Counted from the stretch's first letter, positions 1 through 11,116 are shown. The stretch is DNA of 64,000 bases from an uncultured Gemmatimonadales bacterium (GCA_963730185.1 CAVSQW010000015.1:32001-96000), one strand, 5' to 3'. Program-made: numbers and translations. Notes: a model not told the origin generated them from the letters alone.

Positions 1-119
1 TCGCCCAGCTCGCCCTGCGCGTAGTCGGTGATACCGATCTCGATCACGCCGGCGGCGCCCGTCGACCGGGTCCACTCGTGCTCGGCGGTATAGCGAAGAT
101 CGTCGGGTACGTTCGCCAC
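1..119 (-). CDS. gcvH: Glycine cleavage system H protein (5' part; runs off window)
   Basis: Manual translation from GTG at 119: [40 protein letters not shown], the typical GcvH N-terminus (YT.EHEW, GITDYAQ..LGD). Confidence 0.93.
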   Translation of the reverse strand, partial: MANVPDDLRYTAEHEWTRSTGAAGVIEIGITDYAQGELG

Positions 120-172
120 TCGAAACCCCGTGGGAGAATGCGGCTTCAGGATACCCCGGCCCGGTGCCGGGG

Positions 173-790
173 TCAAGCGGAACCGGACTCGTCCTTGCGC
201 CGCTCCAACGCCTGAAATACCGCCCACGCGCGCCGTTCGAGGGTCGCGAGGTCGGCATCGTTGTCGATCACGAAAGTGGCCCGGCTTCGCTTGGCCTCAG
301 CCGGCATCTGCGCGGCGATCATTGCCTTGGCGCGATCGGGGCTGAGCCGCCGGTCGGCCACCAGCCGGGCCTGCCGAATCGGAACGGGGGCGTCGACCAG
401 CACCACGGCGTCGAAGCCGGCCGGGTCCATGGCCTCGAAGAGCAGGGGAATGTCGCTCACCACGATCCGGTCCCCGCGTCGGCGGGCCTCCTCCAGGCGG
501 AGGGCGCGCTCGGCGGCGACGGCGGGATGAACGATCTTCTCGAGCGCCGCCCGCTCCTCCGGCGACGAGAAGACCCGGCGGCCGAGGGCCGCGCGGTCGA
601 GGGTCCCGTCGGAGGCCACGACCGTGGGGCCGAAGCGGGTCACGATCGCCTCGAACACCGGCCGGCCCGGCCGTTGGAGGGTGTGGACGATCTGATCGGC
701 GTCGATCACGGTGGCGCCCCAGCGCTCGAAGTGCCGGGCCACGGTCGATTTCCCCGAGGCGATGTTGCCGGTGAGGCCGACGCTCAGCAT
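173..790 (-). CDS. coaE: Dephospho-CoA kinase
   Basis: [18 protein letters not shown]-loop, [27 protein letters not shown] motifs. Confidence 0.95.
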   Translation of the reverse strand: MLSVGLTGNIASGKSTVARHFERWGATVIDADQIVHTLQRPGRPVFEAIVTRFGPTVVASDGTLDRAALGRRVFSSPEERAALEKIVHPAVAAERALRLEEARRRGDRIVVSDIPLLFEAMDPAGFDAVVLVDAPVPIRQARLVADRRLSPDRAKAMIAAQMPAEAKRSRATFVIDNDADLATLERRAWAVFQALERRKDESGSA

Positions 791-809
791 CGGGATTCGG
801 GGTGGGGCC

Positions 810-1421
810 TCAGACCGCCAGGATCGTGGTCTGGTCCTGGTCGCGGCTGGGGACCCGGTGGCAGCGGCGGCAGCGGGCCTCGTAGGCCTCGCTCCCACCA
901 ACCATGATGGTCGGCGAGTCGAACCGGGCGGGCCGGCCGTCGATCAGCCGCTGGTTCCGGGAGGCCAGGTCGCCGCAGACCACGCAGATGGCCTGGAGCT
1001 TGGTGACTTCCTCGGCCACGGCCATGAGATTGCCCATCTCACCGAAGGGCAGTCCGCGGAAATCGGTGTCGGTGCCGGCCAGAATGACCCGGACGCCGCG
1101 GTCGGCCAGGTCGGTCGCGATCTCGACCACGCCGTCGTCGAGGAACTGGACCTCGTCGATGGCCACGACCTCGGTCTCGGGGCGAATCTGGCGGAAGATC
1201 TCGGCGGCGCTGTCGACCGGCACCGCTTCGAGCTCGACGCCGGTGTGGCTCGAGACCAGGGTGATCCCGCCATAGCGGGCATCGAGGTGCGACTTGAAGA
1301 CCTGCACTCGCCGGCGGGCGATCAGCGCGCGACGGACGCGGCGAATCAGCTCTTCGCTCTTGCCACTGAACATGACGCCGGCGATGACTTCGATCGATCC
1401 GGCGCGGGCGGCCTGATACAT
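810..1421 (-). CDS. tdk: Thymidine kinase
   Basis: [20 protein letters not shown], zinc-lasso CVVC...YEARCRRCH; start taken at MYQAAR. Confidence 0.95.
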   Translation of the reverse strand: MYQAARAGSIEVIAGVMFSGKSEELIRRVRRALIARRRVQVFKSHLDARYGGITLVSSHTGVELEAVPVDSAAEIFRQIRPETEVVAIDEVQFLDDGVVEIATDLADRGVRVILAGTDTDFRGLPFGEMGNLMAVAEEVTKLQAICVVCGDLASRNQRLIDGRPARFDSPTIMVGGSEAYEARCRRCHRVPSRDQDQTTILAV

Positions 1422-1479
1422 CGACGGGCCCTGTGAGATGGGGTGAGGGGTTCGAGGATAGGCGTCGTTGTCCCGACGG

Positions 1480-2904
1480 TCAAGGCGCGCGCGCTTCACG
1501 ACCCCGATCGAGCCGGGCGGCCAGCCGGCGGCCGCGGAGGGTGCGTCCGGCGAGGCGATCGACGGCGTGTTGGGCCTCGAGGTCTCCCGCGAACTCGATC
1601 AGCGTGAACGTCTCCTTCAGGTCCACCCGACCCACCGTCTCCCGAGGGACGTCGATCTCCGACGTCAGGAACGAGAGCCACTCGCCGAGCGTGACGCCGT
1701 CCTTGCGGCCGGCGTTGACCCAGACCCGGGCGCGCCGGCCGCTCGGCCCGGCCGCCGGATGCGCGGCGGCCTCGTGCCGGTGGCGCGCCTCGGTCCAGAG
1801 GCCGTGCAGGGCCGTGGCGACCTCGGTCGCCTGGTAGCGCTCGAAGAGCGGCGCCAAGGTGGCGAGGGCCGCCCGGTCGTCACCCGCGTCGATCCGGGCT
1901 CGCACCAGACGGCGCTCCTCCGCCATGGCGGCCTGCGCGGTGTCGAGGTGCCCGGGCAGACGCACGGGCTGCCGGTGGGCGATCCATCGGGCGGCGTAGG
2001 GCTCGCTCCCCGGCGGGAGCAGCACCACGGCCCCGCGGGCGGCGAGGTCGCGCAACGTCTCCGGCGGGGGCACGTCGAAGCAGGCGACGAGGGCGGCTTC
2101 CTCCGGCACCTGGGCAGTGACCGTCGGATCGATGCCGCGAGCCCGGAGGCTGGCCCGAATTTGGGGGTGATCGGAGGGCGACGCGGCCCAGACGGTGATC
2201 GTGTCGGCGTCCTCGAGGTCGACGAGATCGCCGAGGGCGCCCAGGCGGTCGTGCCACTGGACGGAGGCGACCCGGGCGCGGAACGCGGCCGGGGCCGTGA
2301 CCGTGCCGCCGACCAGCGGGCCTGCCACCACCGCGCGCCAGGCGTACCGTTCGGCCAGGGACGCGGTGCCTTCGGGATCGGTGGTGACGATGAGTCGGGG
2401 GACGGTCCGGGGCAGCTCGTTGAAGAACGGCACCAGCGGCTCGTCGGACGGCAGGAGCTCGGGCCAGATCAACACCAAGGCGCGGATCCGCTCGAGCGGG
2501 AGGCCACCTCGGCTCTGGAGCGCGGCGATGGTCTCCGGGGAGGCCACCAGTCCGGCGGTCTCGGGCGCGTGGGCCAGCCGACCGGCGCGGCCCGGCCCCG
2601 CGGCATAGGCGACGGCCCGGCCCAAGGCGGGCGCGAGTCGCGCGGCGAACGAGGCCCATGCCTCCGCGGCGCCGTCGGGTGCCATCAGGAGCGTGAAGCC
2701 GGGGGATGGGTCGGAGGAGGCCAAGGCGAGCGCGGCGGCGACGCCGGGCGCGGCGTACACGGGTGCGGGCGGCGCGGCCAGCACGGCGTGATTGCCCCGG
2801 AGCAGAGCCGGGACGACCGTTCGGGTGACGGGGTGGTCTTGCCCCATCCCGAGCGCTTCAAGCGCGCCCGACACGGCGGGCGGCAGCTTCGTTCCTTCCG
2901 ACAC
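1480..2904 (-). CDS. Degenerate DEAD-box-helicase-like protein with C-terminal DbpA RNA-binding domain
   Basis: C-terminus [13 protein letters not shown]...[15 protein letters not shown] is DbpA/CsdA-like. The N-terminal part follows RecA-like DEAD-box spacing but lacks the GKT and DEAD motifs. GTG start at 2904 after GAGGGA. Confidence 0.7.
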   Translation of the reverse strand: MSEGTKLPPAVSGALEALGMGQDHPVTRTVVPALLRGNHAVLAAPPAPVYAAPGVAAALALASSDPSPGFTLLMAPDGAAEAWASFAARLAPALGRAVAYAAGPGRAGRLAHAPETAGLVASPETIAALQSRGGLPLERIRALVLIWPELLPSDEPLVPFFNELPRTVPRLIVTTDPEGTASLAERYAWRAVVAGPLVGGTVTAPAAFRARVASVQWHDRLGALGDLVDLEDADTITVWAASPSDHPQIRASLRARGIDPTVTAQVPEEAALVACFDVPPPETLRDLAARGAVVLLPPGSEPYAARWIAHRQPVRLPGHLDTAQAAMAEERRLVRARIDAGDDRAALATLAPLFERYQATEVATALHGLWTEARHRHEAAAHPAAGPSGRRARVWVNAGRKDGVTLGEWLSFLTSEIDVPRETVGRVDLKETFTLIEFAGDLEAQHAVDRLAGRTLRGRRLAARLDRGREARAP

Positions 2905-3007
2905 GGTTCCCTCGGTTGTCAAAAGAGCGGAGCGAAAGGAATAGCATTGACTTCGCCTGCGCAACCGGGAAGCTTTCGCCGCGATTCCCCCATCCGGATT
3001 GCTCGCC

Positions 3008-4231
3008 GTGACCAAAGTGCTTCGTCTCCCGGACCCGTTGTCCGCGAATCTGCAGCATCTCAAAGGCTCCGAAACCATCGCGATCAGCGCCGAGGCGCGA
3101 CGGCTCCGGGCTGAGGGGAAGGACGTCATCGACCTGAGCGTCGGCGAGCCGGACTTCGACACCCCGGCGCCGGTGGCGCAGGCCGGCGTTCAGGCGATTC
3201 AGAAGGGGTTCACCCGCTATCCGCCCAACGCCGGAACGGCCGATCTCCGGGCCGCGATCGCGAGCCACCTGAGCGCCCTGTCCGGCGGGCGGGCGGTCAA
3301 TCCGGACCAGGTGGTGGTCAGCTCCGGCTCCAAGCAGGCGCTCTTCAACGCCTGCTTCAGCCTCTTCGGTCCCAAGGACAAGGTGCTGATTCCCTCGCCC
3401 GCGTGGGTGTCGTATCCGCAGATCGTAGACTTGTCCCGGGCCACCCCGGTGATGGTGCCCGGCGATTCCGACTGGGGGCTCAAGGTCGGAGTGAAGGACC
3501 TCGAGCGGCACGCCGACAAGCTGGTGCGGGGGCTGATCCTTTGTTCGCCGTGCAATCCGACCGGCTCGGTCTACACCCTGACCGAGCTCAAGGCGATCGC
3601 CGACTGGGCCCGGGAGAACCACGTCTGGATCATCAGCGACGAGATCTACCGGCGGATCTACTACGGCTCCGGCGCCGCGCCCTCGATGTTCGACCTGCCG
3701 GACGAGTATCTGGAGCGGGCCGTGGTCATCTACGGGGCCAGCAAGGCGTACGCGATGACCGGCTGGCGGATCGGCTCGGCCTACGCGCCGCCCCACGTCG
3801 CCAAGGCGATGGCCAACCTCCAGTCGCATACCACCGCCGGCGCCAACCACCCGGCCCAGATCGCGGCCACCGCCGCATTCAGCGATCCCAAGGTGGAGCA
3901 GGACGTGGTCCGGATGACGGCCGCCTTCCGGCGCCGGCGTGACACGCTGGTCGAGAGTCTGCGGCGCGACGTCCCCGGGGTGGAGTTCGTCGAGCCGCAC
4001 GGCGCCTTCTACCTCTTCTTTCGGGTGGACGGGTTCGGTCCCAACCACGACACCACCGGCACCGCGTTCGCCGCCAAGCTGATCTCGGAGTTCGGGGTGG
4101 CGTCGGTCCCAGGCGGAGCCTTCGGCGACGACCGGTGGGTCCGGCTCAGCTACGCCGTCTCGGACAAGGAGCTCGACCGGGCGATCACCCGGATCCTCTC
4201 CTGCATCGAGGCGATCGGGCAGGGCCAGTGA
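3008..4231 (+). CDS. PLP-dependent aminotransferase class I/II (aspartate aminotransferase-like)
   Basis: GEPDFDTP, SPCNPTG, SDEIY, SKAYAMTGWRIG, GAFYLF motifs. Confidence 0.93.
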   Translation: MTKVLRLPDPLSANLQHLKGSETIAISAEARRLRAEGKDVIDLSVGEPDFDTPAPVAQAGVQAIQKGFTRYPPNAGTADLRAAIASHLSALSGGRAVNPDQVVVSSGSKQALFNACFSLFGPKDKVLIPSPAWVSYPQIVDLSRATPVMVPGDSDWGLKVGVKDLERHADKLVRGLILCSPCNPTGSVYTLTELKAIADWARENHVWIISDEIYRRIYYGSGAAPSMFDLPDEYLERAVVIYGASKAYAMTGWRIGSAYAPPHVAKAMANLQSHTTAGANHPAQIAATAAFSDPKVEQDVVRMTAAFRRRRDTLVESLRRDVPGVEFVEPHGAFYLFFRVDGFGPNHDTTGTAFAAKLISEFGVASVPGGAFGDDRWVRLSYAVSDKELDRAITRILSCIEAIGQGQ

Positions 4232-4271
4232 CCGGCCGGCGCCTCGCGGCCGAGGGGTGGTCGCCCGAGCC

Positions 4272-5198
4272 ATGAGGCGGAGCCTCGTGATCGAGCGGAT
4301 CCGCCGCCGGCTCGGCGCCCGCGGCTACGCCACCGCCACGTCGCTCCCCTCGGCGGTCGACGGTCGGGCCGACGAATTTCGCCTGGTCCCCGCCCGGGTC
4401 CTGGACGACGCCCCCCTCTTGGCGCATCCGGTGGGCCCACCCACTGCCTGTTCCGAGCCGATCGCGTTTCTCGACGGGGTGCAGCGCCTGGAGGTCGTGG
4501 GCTTCTCCGAGGCGACGCCGATCGTGGTCGCCGAGATCGCGGCGGCGGTCCGGCTCCGGACCGGCCGCGAGTTCAAGACGGTGGTTCGGGACGAGCGCCG
4601 GCTGGTGGTGAGCGCGCCGGAGGTGCTCGACGAGCTGGGCGAGTCGGCCGCCGAGTGCGAGGCCTGGCCGCTCGACGTCGAGGACCCGGCGGTAGGGCAC
4701 CCGCTCCGGGCTCTGGAGCTGGCTCGGAAGCGGGTCGACCAGCGCCGGGCCACGCTGGAGCATCAGGTGGGCGACGCCTTTCGCCGCCGGTCCGATGCCT
4801 GGCTGGTGGTCGATGGCGTGCTCAACGACAGCGCCGCGTGGTCCGCCGACCCGCGGGCCATCGGGGTCTCGAAGAGCCACGCCACCCTCCCGTTCGAGGG
4901 TGACGACCTCTTGACCTATCTCCGCCTGCCGGCCGGCCACCGCTCGTCGGTGTTCGAGCCTGGGACCTGGCGGATCGGTCCGGTCCACGCCTGGGGCCTC
5001 CGCCTCTGGGAATGGGAGGGTCACGATCTGCTGCACGGCCTGGTCCGGATCGAGGCGGCCGTCTCCGCGGAGCCCGACGCCCGCGCGGACGAGATTTCCC
5101 GCTGGATCCTGGCGGAACGGGTGCCGCTGAGTCGCCCGGACCCGCGGTGGGATAGGCTGCTGTACGGCGTGGCGACGGTGGAAAGAGCGATCGGATAG
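4272..5198 (+). CDS. nurA: NurA-like nuclease
   Basis: Two RNase H-fold acidic motifs, IAFLDG and LVVDGVL, plus GVSKSH; lies directly upstream of a HerA-like ATPase. Confidence 0.7.
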   Translation: MRRSLVIERIRRRLGARGYATATSLPSAVDGRADEFRLVPARVLDDAPLLAHPVGPPTACSEPIAFLDGVQRLEVVGFSEATPIVVAEIAAAVRLRTGREFKTVVRDERRLVVSAPEVLDELGESAAECEAWPLDVEDPAVGHPLRALELARKRVDQRRATLEHQVGDAFRRRSDAWLVVDGVLNDSAAWSADPRAIGVSKSHATLPFEGDDLLTYLRLPAGHRSSVFEPGTWRIGPVHAWGLRLWEWEGHDLLHGLVRIEAAVSAEPDARADEISRWILAERVPLSRPDPRWDRLLYGVATVERAIG

Positions 5199-5522
5199 GG
5201 AGTGGGGACTTGTGAGTGGTGAATAGGGAGTGAGTTAGGAGGGGAGTGGGCGATAGGGGTGGCCGGGTCCGGTGGCGGCTCCTGCTCGCCGATGCGACGC
5301 AGGGCTCGGTTCCCGGCGACTCGCGCGGGCCGCCCCTCGCCGCTTCCCCCCGCCGCTCCCTACCCAACTCCCTCCCCACTCACTACCCTACTCTCAACGC
5401 CTACTCACTCCCGTACTCCCAACCGCCTACTCACTCCCCTACTCCCAACCGCCTACTCACTCCCCTACTCCCAACCGCCTACTCACTCCCTATTCACCAC
5501 TCACAAGTCCCCACTCCCTATC
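5194..5522. repeat. MITE/REP-like element with 42-bp perfect terminal inverted repeats and an internal 26-bp tandem repeat
   Basis: 5194-5235 GATAGGGAGTGGGGACTTGTGAGTGGTGAATAGGGAGTGAGT is the exact reverse complement of 5481-5522. The unit GCCTACTCACTCCCCTACTCCCAACC occurs about 3.5 times at 5399-5490. Confidence 0.8.
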
Positions 5523-5525
5523 ACC

Positions 5526-7443
5526 ATGGTCGGCCGCGTCGTAGCCACGGAGCTCAAACCAGCACCCCGCACCAGTTCCTCTTCTGGACGGCGCGGGACG
5601 CGGTGGTGGGGATCGGCTCGATCGTGCGGGTCGAGGGTGACGGGCGGGTCGTCTACGGGGTGGTGACCGACGCGTTCGCCTACAGCGATCTGGCGGGCGC
5701 CGATGGACGCCGTATTCGCCGCCGACGGCGACCCGGCGAGCGCCGTCGATCCCAGCCGGCGGAGCGAGATCCGCCTCTATCAGACGGCGGTGCTCCGCCA
5801 CGAGCCCGAGGAGCCGCTCCAGCCGGTGCCGCTGGGCGAGGTGTACCTCGCGACGGACGCCGACGTGGCCACGGCGCTCCGGATGGACGCCTTTCTCGGC
5901 GGGGAGAAGCCCACCGGGATGCCGGTCGGGCTCTACGCCGCGGGCGGGCTCGAGGCCCCGGTCTACCTCGACGCCGAGTTCCTGCTCGGCCCCGAGGCGG
6001 CGCACCTCAACATCAACGGCGTCTCCGGTCTCGCCACCAAGACCTCGCGCGATCGAGTTTTTCCTCGCGAGCATCTTCCAGACCTTCCCGGCCCACAAAG
6101 GGACGGGTCGCGGCGCTCTGCTTCAACGTGAAGGGGCCCGATCTGCTCTTCCTCGACCAACCGGGGCCGCTGTCGCAACGACGACCGCCACATGTACGAG
6201 CGGCTGGGTCTCGAGGCCAGGCCGTTCGAGCGGGTCCGCTACTTCGCGCCCTTCAAGCCCGACGGCGTCAACCTCAACACCCTCCGCACCCACCCCGAGC
6301 TGCCGCACCACGGAGCCGTTGGTGTGGGGGCTCCGCGAGGTGCTCGACTATCACCGAGGTGCTGCTCAACCGCGACGACGTCGATGCCAAGGCCGACGCC
6401 TTCATCGACTTTCTGGCGGAGCGGGTGATCGGCCGCGAGTTCCACGACGAGATCCTGGGCCAGACCTTCACGGTCCGGAGCTTCGCCGAGCTGGAGCAGT
6501 TCTTCCGGCGATCTTCAACTTTCTCGAGATGCAGACCCGGGGCGGAGAGATCTGGCGGACCCACCACATCGCCACCATCCGAAAGATCCGGAACCGCCTG
6601 GGCAACATCAGTACCCGGTCCAAGGGGCTGGTGACCGACGACGGCGAGGTGAACGACCTGCCCTGGGGCGCCTTCGAGGACCGGGCCACCTACGTGGTCG
6701 ACGTCGCCGGGCTCGATCCCCTGGCGCAGGACCTGGTGTTCGCCCGGGTGGTCTCCAAGCTCCGGGAGCACCTGGAACGGCGCGACCTGGGCGTGGAGCA
6801 CGTGGTGGTCTTTGTCGACGAGCTCAACAAGTACGCCCCCCAGGAGGGGCCGGACACCTACGTCCGGAAGATGCTCCTCGACCTCTCGGAGCGAGGCCGC
6901 TATCTCGGGCTGGTGCTCTTCTCGGCCCAGCAGTTCCGGTCGCAGGTGCACAAGCGGGTGATCGGCAACGCCGGCACCTCCGTCTTCGGCCGGCTGGATC
7001 CGGACGAATTGGCGACACCGGGTTATGCGATCCTGTCTCCGGCCATCAAGGCCAAGCTCGCCGCCCTCCCCAAGGGCGAGCTGATGCTCCGGCACCCCCA
7101 CTTTACCCAGCCGGTGTTCGTCCGCTTTCCCCGGCCGGCCGTGCTGGCCGGACGGGATGGGATCGACCGCTACCCGCCGGAGGCCGAGGTCCCGTTCGAG
7201 GACGCGGTGGTCCGGCGGCTCCGGGCCCTGGACCCGAAGATCCCGACCAACCGGCTCCGGGATCTGGTCTCCGGCCGGGCGCCCGACGACGTGGTGCGGG
7301 CCCTCCACGCCACCATCCGGACCCGCCCGGACGACGTGATGGCCTTCTTCGTGAAGTGCCTCGGCCGGGAGGTTCCGACCCGGACGGTCGCCCCGCGGGC
7401 CGGCGTCCCACCCCTCCGAATCACGGACGACCCCTACGCCTGA
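5526..7443 (+). CDS. herA: HerA-like ATPase/helicase, broken by several apparent single-base indels
   Basis: Pieces across frames: HAS-barrel start MVGRVVATELKP..PHQFLFWT, Walker A variant GVSGLATKTS, FNVKGPDLLFLD, Walker B VVFVDELNKYAP, ERGRYLG..LFSAQQ. Confidence 0.8.
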
Positions 7444-7511
7444 GCTGAGTTGACGGCCGTTTCGGGCGCCCGGCCGCTTGCGGCCCCCCAATCGGCAAGC
7501 GATTCTCCAGC

Positions 7512-8693
7512 GTGCGCTTAGCCCATCTCGCCGACCTCCATCTCGGCTACCGCCAGTACCACCGTCAGACGGCCGCCGGGATCAACCAGCGGGAGGCCGA
7601 CGTCGCCCAGGCCTTCCGGGCCGCGATCGACGGCGTCATCGAGGCGCGCCCCGACCTCATCGTGGTCGCGGGCGACCTCTTTCATGCGGTCCGTCCGACC
7701 AACCAGGCGATCGTCTTCTGCTTCCGGCAGTTCCAGCGGATCCGGGCCGCGCTCCCCGACGTCCCGGTCGTGCTGGTCGCGGGGAACCATGACACGCCGC
7801 GGGCGACGGAGACCGGCTCGATCCTCCGACTGTTCGCGGAGCTGGGCTTCGACGTCGTCGCCGACGAGGCGAAACGTCTCCCCTTTCCCAAGCTCGATCT
7901 CTCGGTCCTGGCGGTGCCCCATAGCGCGCTCACGGCCGGCGAGCGACCCCGGCTCCGGGCCGAGGGGACGGCGCGCTACCAGGTGTTGGTGACCCACGGC
8001 GAGGTCGAGGGCCTCTTCCCGCTGGACCGGTGGTGGGCCGAGCCGGGTGGGGCGGTCCTCGACCCGGTCGAGCTGGCCGAGGGCGACTGGTCGTACGTGG
8101 CGCTGGGTCACTATCACGTGCAGAAGCAGGTCGGCGAGCGGGCGTGGTATGCCGGCGCCCTCGACTACGTCACCCCCAACCCCTGGGGCGAGCTGATCGA
8201 GGAGCGGAAGTCCAAGGTCAAGGGCAAGGGCTGGCTGCTGGTGGACCTCGACTCGGGCCGGGTGGAGTCGCACCCGGTCAAGACGCCCCGGAGCTTCCTC
8301 GACCTCAAGCCGATCGAAGCCCGCGACCTTCCTGCCTCGGAGCTGGATCAGGAGATCGCCGCCCGCCTCGGGAGTGTCCGGGGCGGGATCGCCGACAAGG
8401 TCGTCCGCTTGGTCGTGCACGACGTGGCCCGCCACCTGGTCCGGGAGCTCGATCATGCCGCGATCCGGGCCGCCAAGGCGAGCGCCCTTCACCTCCATCT
8501 CGACTTCCGCCGTCCGGAGGCGCATCGCACCGTCGGCGTGGGCGCCCCGGGGCCGCGGCAGACGCTGGTGGACGTGCTCCGGAGCTATCTCGCCAACCGG
8601 CCGCTCCCGGAACGGGTGGATCGCGAGCGGTTCGTGCGCGAAGGCGTGGCCCTGCTCGAAGCCGCCACCGCGGACGTCGAGGGGACGGCCTGA
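7512..8693 (+). CDS. sbcD: SbcD/Mre11 family nuclease
   Basis: Metallophosphoesterase motifs ADLHLG, AGDLFH, AGNHD, THG, ALGHYH. Confidence 0.92.
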   Translation: MRLAHLADLHLGYRQYHRQTAAGINQREADVAQAFRAAIDGVIEARPDLIVVAGDLFHAVRPTNQAIVFCFRQFQRIRAALPDVPVVLVAGNHDTPRATETGSILRLFAELGFDVVADEAKRLPFPKLDLSVLAVPHSALTAGERPRLRAEGTARYQVLVTHGEVEGLFPLDRWWAEPGGAVLDPVELAEGDWSYVALGHYHVQKQVGERAWYAGALDYVTPNPWGELIEERKSKVKGKGWLLVDLDSGRVESHPVKTPRSFLDLKPIEARDLPASELDQEIAARLGSVRGGIADKVVRLVVHDVARHLVRELDHAAIRAAKASALHLHLDFRRPEAHRTVGVGAPGPRQTLVDVLRSYLANRPLPERVDRERFVREGVALLEAATADVEGTA

Positions 8694-11116
8694 TGCTGAT
8701 CCGCCGGGTTCGGCTGCTCAACTTCCGCCAGCACGCCGACACGGTGCTGGAGCTGGCGGAGGGCCTCACCGGTATCGTGGGGCCCAACGGGGCGGGGAAG
8801 ACCACCCTGCTCGAGGCGATCGCCTGGGCGATGTACGGCACCCCGGCGGCCCGGGGGACCCGCGACACGATCCGCCGTCGCTCGGCGCCGCCCCGCTCAC
8901 GGGTGGAAGTGGAGCTCGAGTTCCAGCTCGGCCCGCACCGCTACCGCGTGGTCCGGTCGCTCCAGTCGGCGGCGCTCTATCAGGACGACGAGCCGGCCGC
9001 GATCGCGAACAGTCCGGGGGCGGTGACCGAGAAGGTCACCCGGATCCTCCGGATGACCCGCGAGGAGTTCTTCAACACCTACTTCACCGGGCAGAAGGAG
9101 CTGGCCATCATGGCGTCGATGTCGGCGCCGGATCGAGCCCGGTTCCTGAGCCGGGTGTTGGGGTACGATCGGTTGGCGGCGGCCCAGGTCCGTCTCAAGG
9201 AAGCTCGTTCCGCCCTCCGGGCCTCGCTCCAGACGGCGGAGCACGGGCTGATCGACGCCGCGTCGCTGGCGACCGAGGAGCGTGAGGCCGACGCCCGGCT
9301 GGCCACCGCCGGCACGGCGTTGGAGCAGAGCCGGGCGCATGCCGCCGCCGGCGCCGAGGCCTTCCAGACCCTGGTGCCGGTCTGGGAGTCGCTTCAGCGC
9401 CGCCGGGAAGAGGTCCTCTCGGTCGAGACCGACCTCAAGGTCGCCGCCCACCAGGCCGACGAAGCCCGCCGTACCTTCGAGGGCATGGACCGGGAGTTGG
9501 CCGAATCGCTCGCCGCCAAGACCAAGCGGGACGCTCTCTTGCCGGCGCTGGCCGACTGGGAGCCGCTGGTCAAGGAGCGCGATGCCCTGGACGCGGACGC
9601 CCAGGCCTTCTCGGGCCGGCGGGCCCTCGAGGCCCGAGTCGGCGAGGTCAAGGCTGCCCTGACCGCGGCCGCGGCCCGCCTGGAACGGCTCCCCCGGTCG
9701 AACCGGGTAGACATAACCCGTAGCGATCTGGCCACGGCCCGGGAGACGGCGGCCCGGGCGGTGTTGGCGGTGGAAGAGCGCCACACGGTCTGGGTCCGCG
9801 ACAAGCAGGACGCGGAGACCCAGCGGAAGAACCTGCTCCAGCAGCACGAGGACGTCGCCAAGCAGCTGGAGCGCCTCCGGGCCACCGGCCCCACCGTGGT
9901 CTGTCCCACCTGCGGCAAGCCCCTCGGCAAAGAGTACGAGGCCGTCCTCGACGACCTTCAGACCCGGCACGACGACATCCTGTTCCAGGGCAAGTTCTAT
10001 CGCCAGCGGATCGACCAGCTTACCCCGGAGCCGCCCGAGCTCAAGCAGGCCCGGGCGGCCGCGGAGCAGGACGAGAAGCGCGTCGCCGAGCTGACCCGCA
10101 CCCTGGCCCAGGTCGAGGCGGCGGTGGCCGAGCGGGCCGGGGTCGAGCGGGAGCGGGCGCAGCTGGCCGAGCGCCTGGCCGACCTGGAACGGGAGCTGGC
10201 CGCCGTGCCGGGGCGGTACGACGAGGAGCGCCACCGGCAGGTGCGGGCCCGGCTGGCCCAGCTGGAGCCGCTCCGGGAGCAGGTGACCCGGCTGACCGTG
10301 GCCGCCGACCGGGGCGCCCAGTTGATGCCTCGGGCGGCCGAGGCCGAGCAGGTGCTCTCCAAGGCCGAGGCCAGGGTGATCGAGCTCCGCCACCGGTTGC
10401 AGGAGTTCGGCTGGTCGAGCGAGACCTTCGAGCAGACCCGCACGGCCTATCAGCGGGCCGACCAGGAGCGGCAGGTCGCCGAGGTGCGCCGGGTCCGGGC
10501 CGAGTCCGAGCTGGCCGCCGCCAACGAGCATCGGGGGGCGGTCGCCCGGCGACGGGCCGAGCGGCAGACCCGGCTCCGGGAGGTGGAGCGGCTGGGGAGC
10601 GAGGTGGCCCTGAACCAGGAGCTGGACCGGGCCTTCACCGATCTCCGCGAGGAGCTCAACGCGACCATCCGGCCCGACCTGTCCGACTCGGCCTCGGCCT
10701 TGCTCCGGGATCTGTCGGGAGGGCGGTATGCCGACCTCGAGCTGGACGAGAACTACATGCCGACCATCGTGGACGACGGCGAACCCAAGACCGTGATCTC
10801 CGGCGGCGAGGAAGACGTCGCCAACCTGGCCCTCCGGCTGGCCATCAGCCAGATGATCGCCGACCGGGCCGGCCAGCCGTTCTCGCTCCTGGTGCTCGAC
10901 GAGATCTTCGGCTCGCTCGACGAGGAGCGGCGGATGGCGGTCCTGGACCTGCTCCGGAGTCTGGCCGACCGGTTCCCGCAGGTCATCCTCATCACCCACA
11001 TCGAATCGGTTCGCGACGGCTTCGACCGGGTGATCCGGATCGCGTACGACGTGGAGCGGGGCCTCGCGACCGCGCGCGAGGAACGCCTGGGTGAGGTGCC
11101 TCATGTGGCGGCGTGA
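8693..11116 (+). CDS. sbcC: SbcC/Rad50 SMC-family ATPase
   Basis: GPNGAGKTT Walker A, long coiled coil, CPTCG zinc hook, SGGE signature, LVLDEIFGSLD; TGATG overlap with sbcD. Confidence 0.92.
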   Translation: MLIRRVRLLNFRQHADTVLELAEGLTGIVGPNGAGKTTLLEAIAWAMYGTPAARGTRDTIRRRSAPPRSRVEVELEFQLGPHRYRVVRSLQSAALYQDDEPAAIANSPGAVTEKVTRILRMTREEFFNTYFTGQKELAIMASMSAPDRARFLSRVLGYDRLAAAQVRLKEARSALRASLQTAEHGLIDAASLATEEREADARLATAGTALEQSRAHAAAGAEAFQTLVPVWESLQRRREEVLSVETDLKVAAHQADEARRTFEGMDRELAESLAAKTKRDALLPALADWEPLVKERDALDADAQAFSGRRALEARVGEVKAALTAAAARLERLPRSNRVDITRSDLATARETAARAVLAVEERHTVWVRDKQDAETQRKNLLQQHEDVAKQLERLRATGPTVVCPTCGKPLGKEYEAVLDDLQTRHDDILFQGKFYRQRIDQLTPEPPELKQARAAAEQDEKRVAELTRTLAQVEAAVAERAGVERERAQLAERLADLERELAAVPGRYDEERHRQVRARLAQLEPLREQVTRLTVAADRGAQLMPRAAEAEQVLSKAEARVIELRHRLQEFGWSSETFEQTRTAYQRADQERQVAEVRRVRAESELAAANEHRGAVARRRAERQTRLREVERLGSEVALNQELDRAFTDLREELNATIRPDLSDSASALLRDLSGGRYADLELDENYMPTIVDDGEPKTVISGGEEDVANLALRLAISQMIADRAGQPFSLLVLDEIFGSLDEERRMAVLDLLRSLADRFPQVILITHIESVRDGFDRVIRIAYDVERGLATAREERLGEVPHVAA

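Noticed and set aside
5399..5490. CRISPR array
   Set aside because: The 26-bp units are directly adjacent with no unique spacers, and no cas genes are present.
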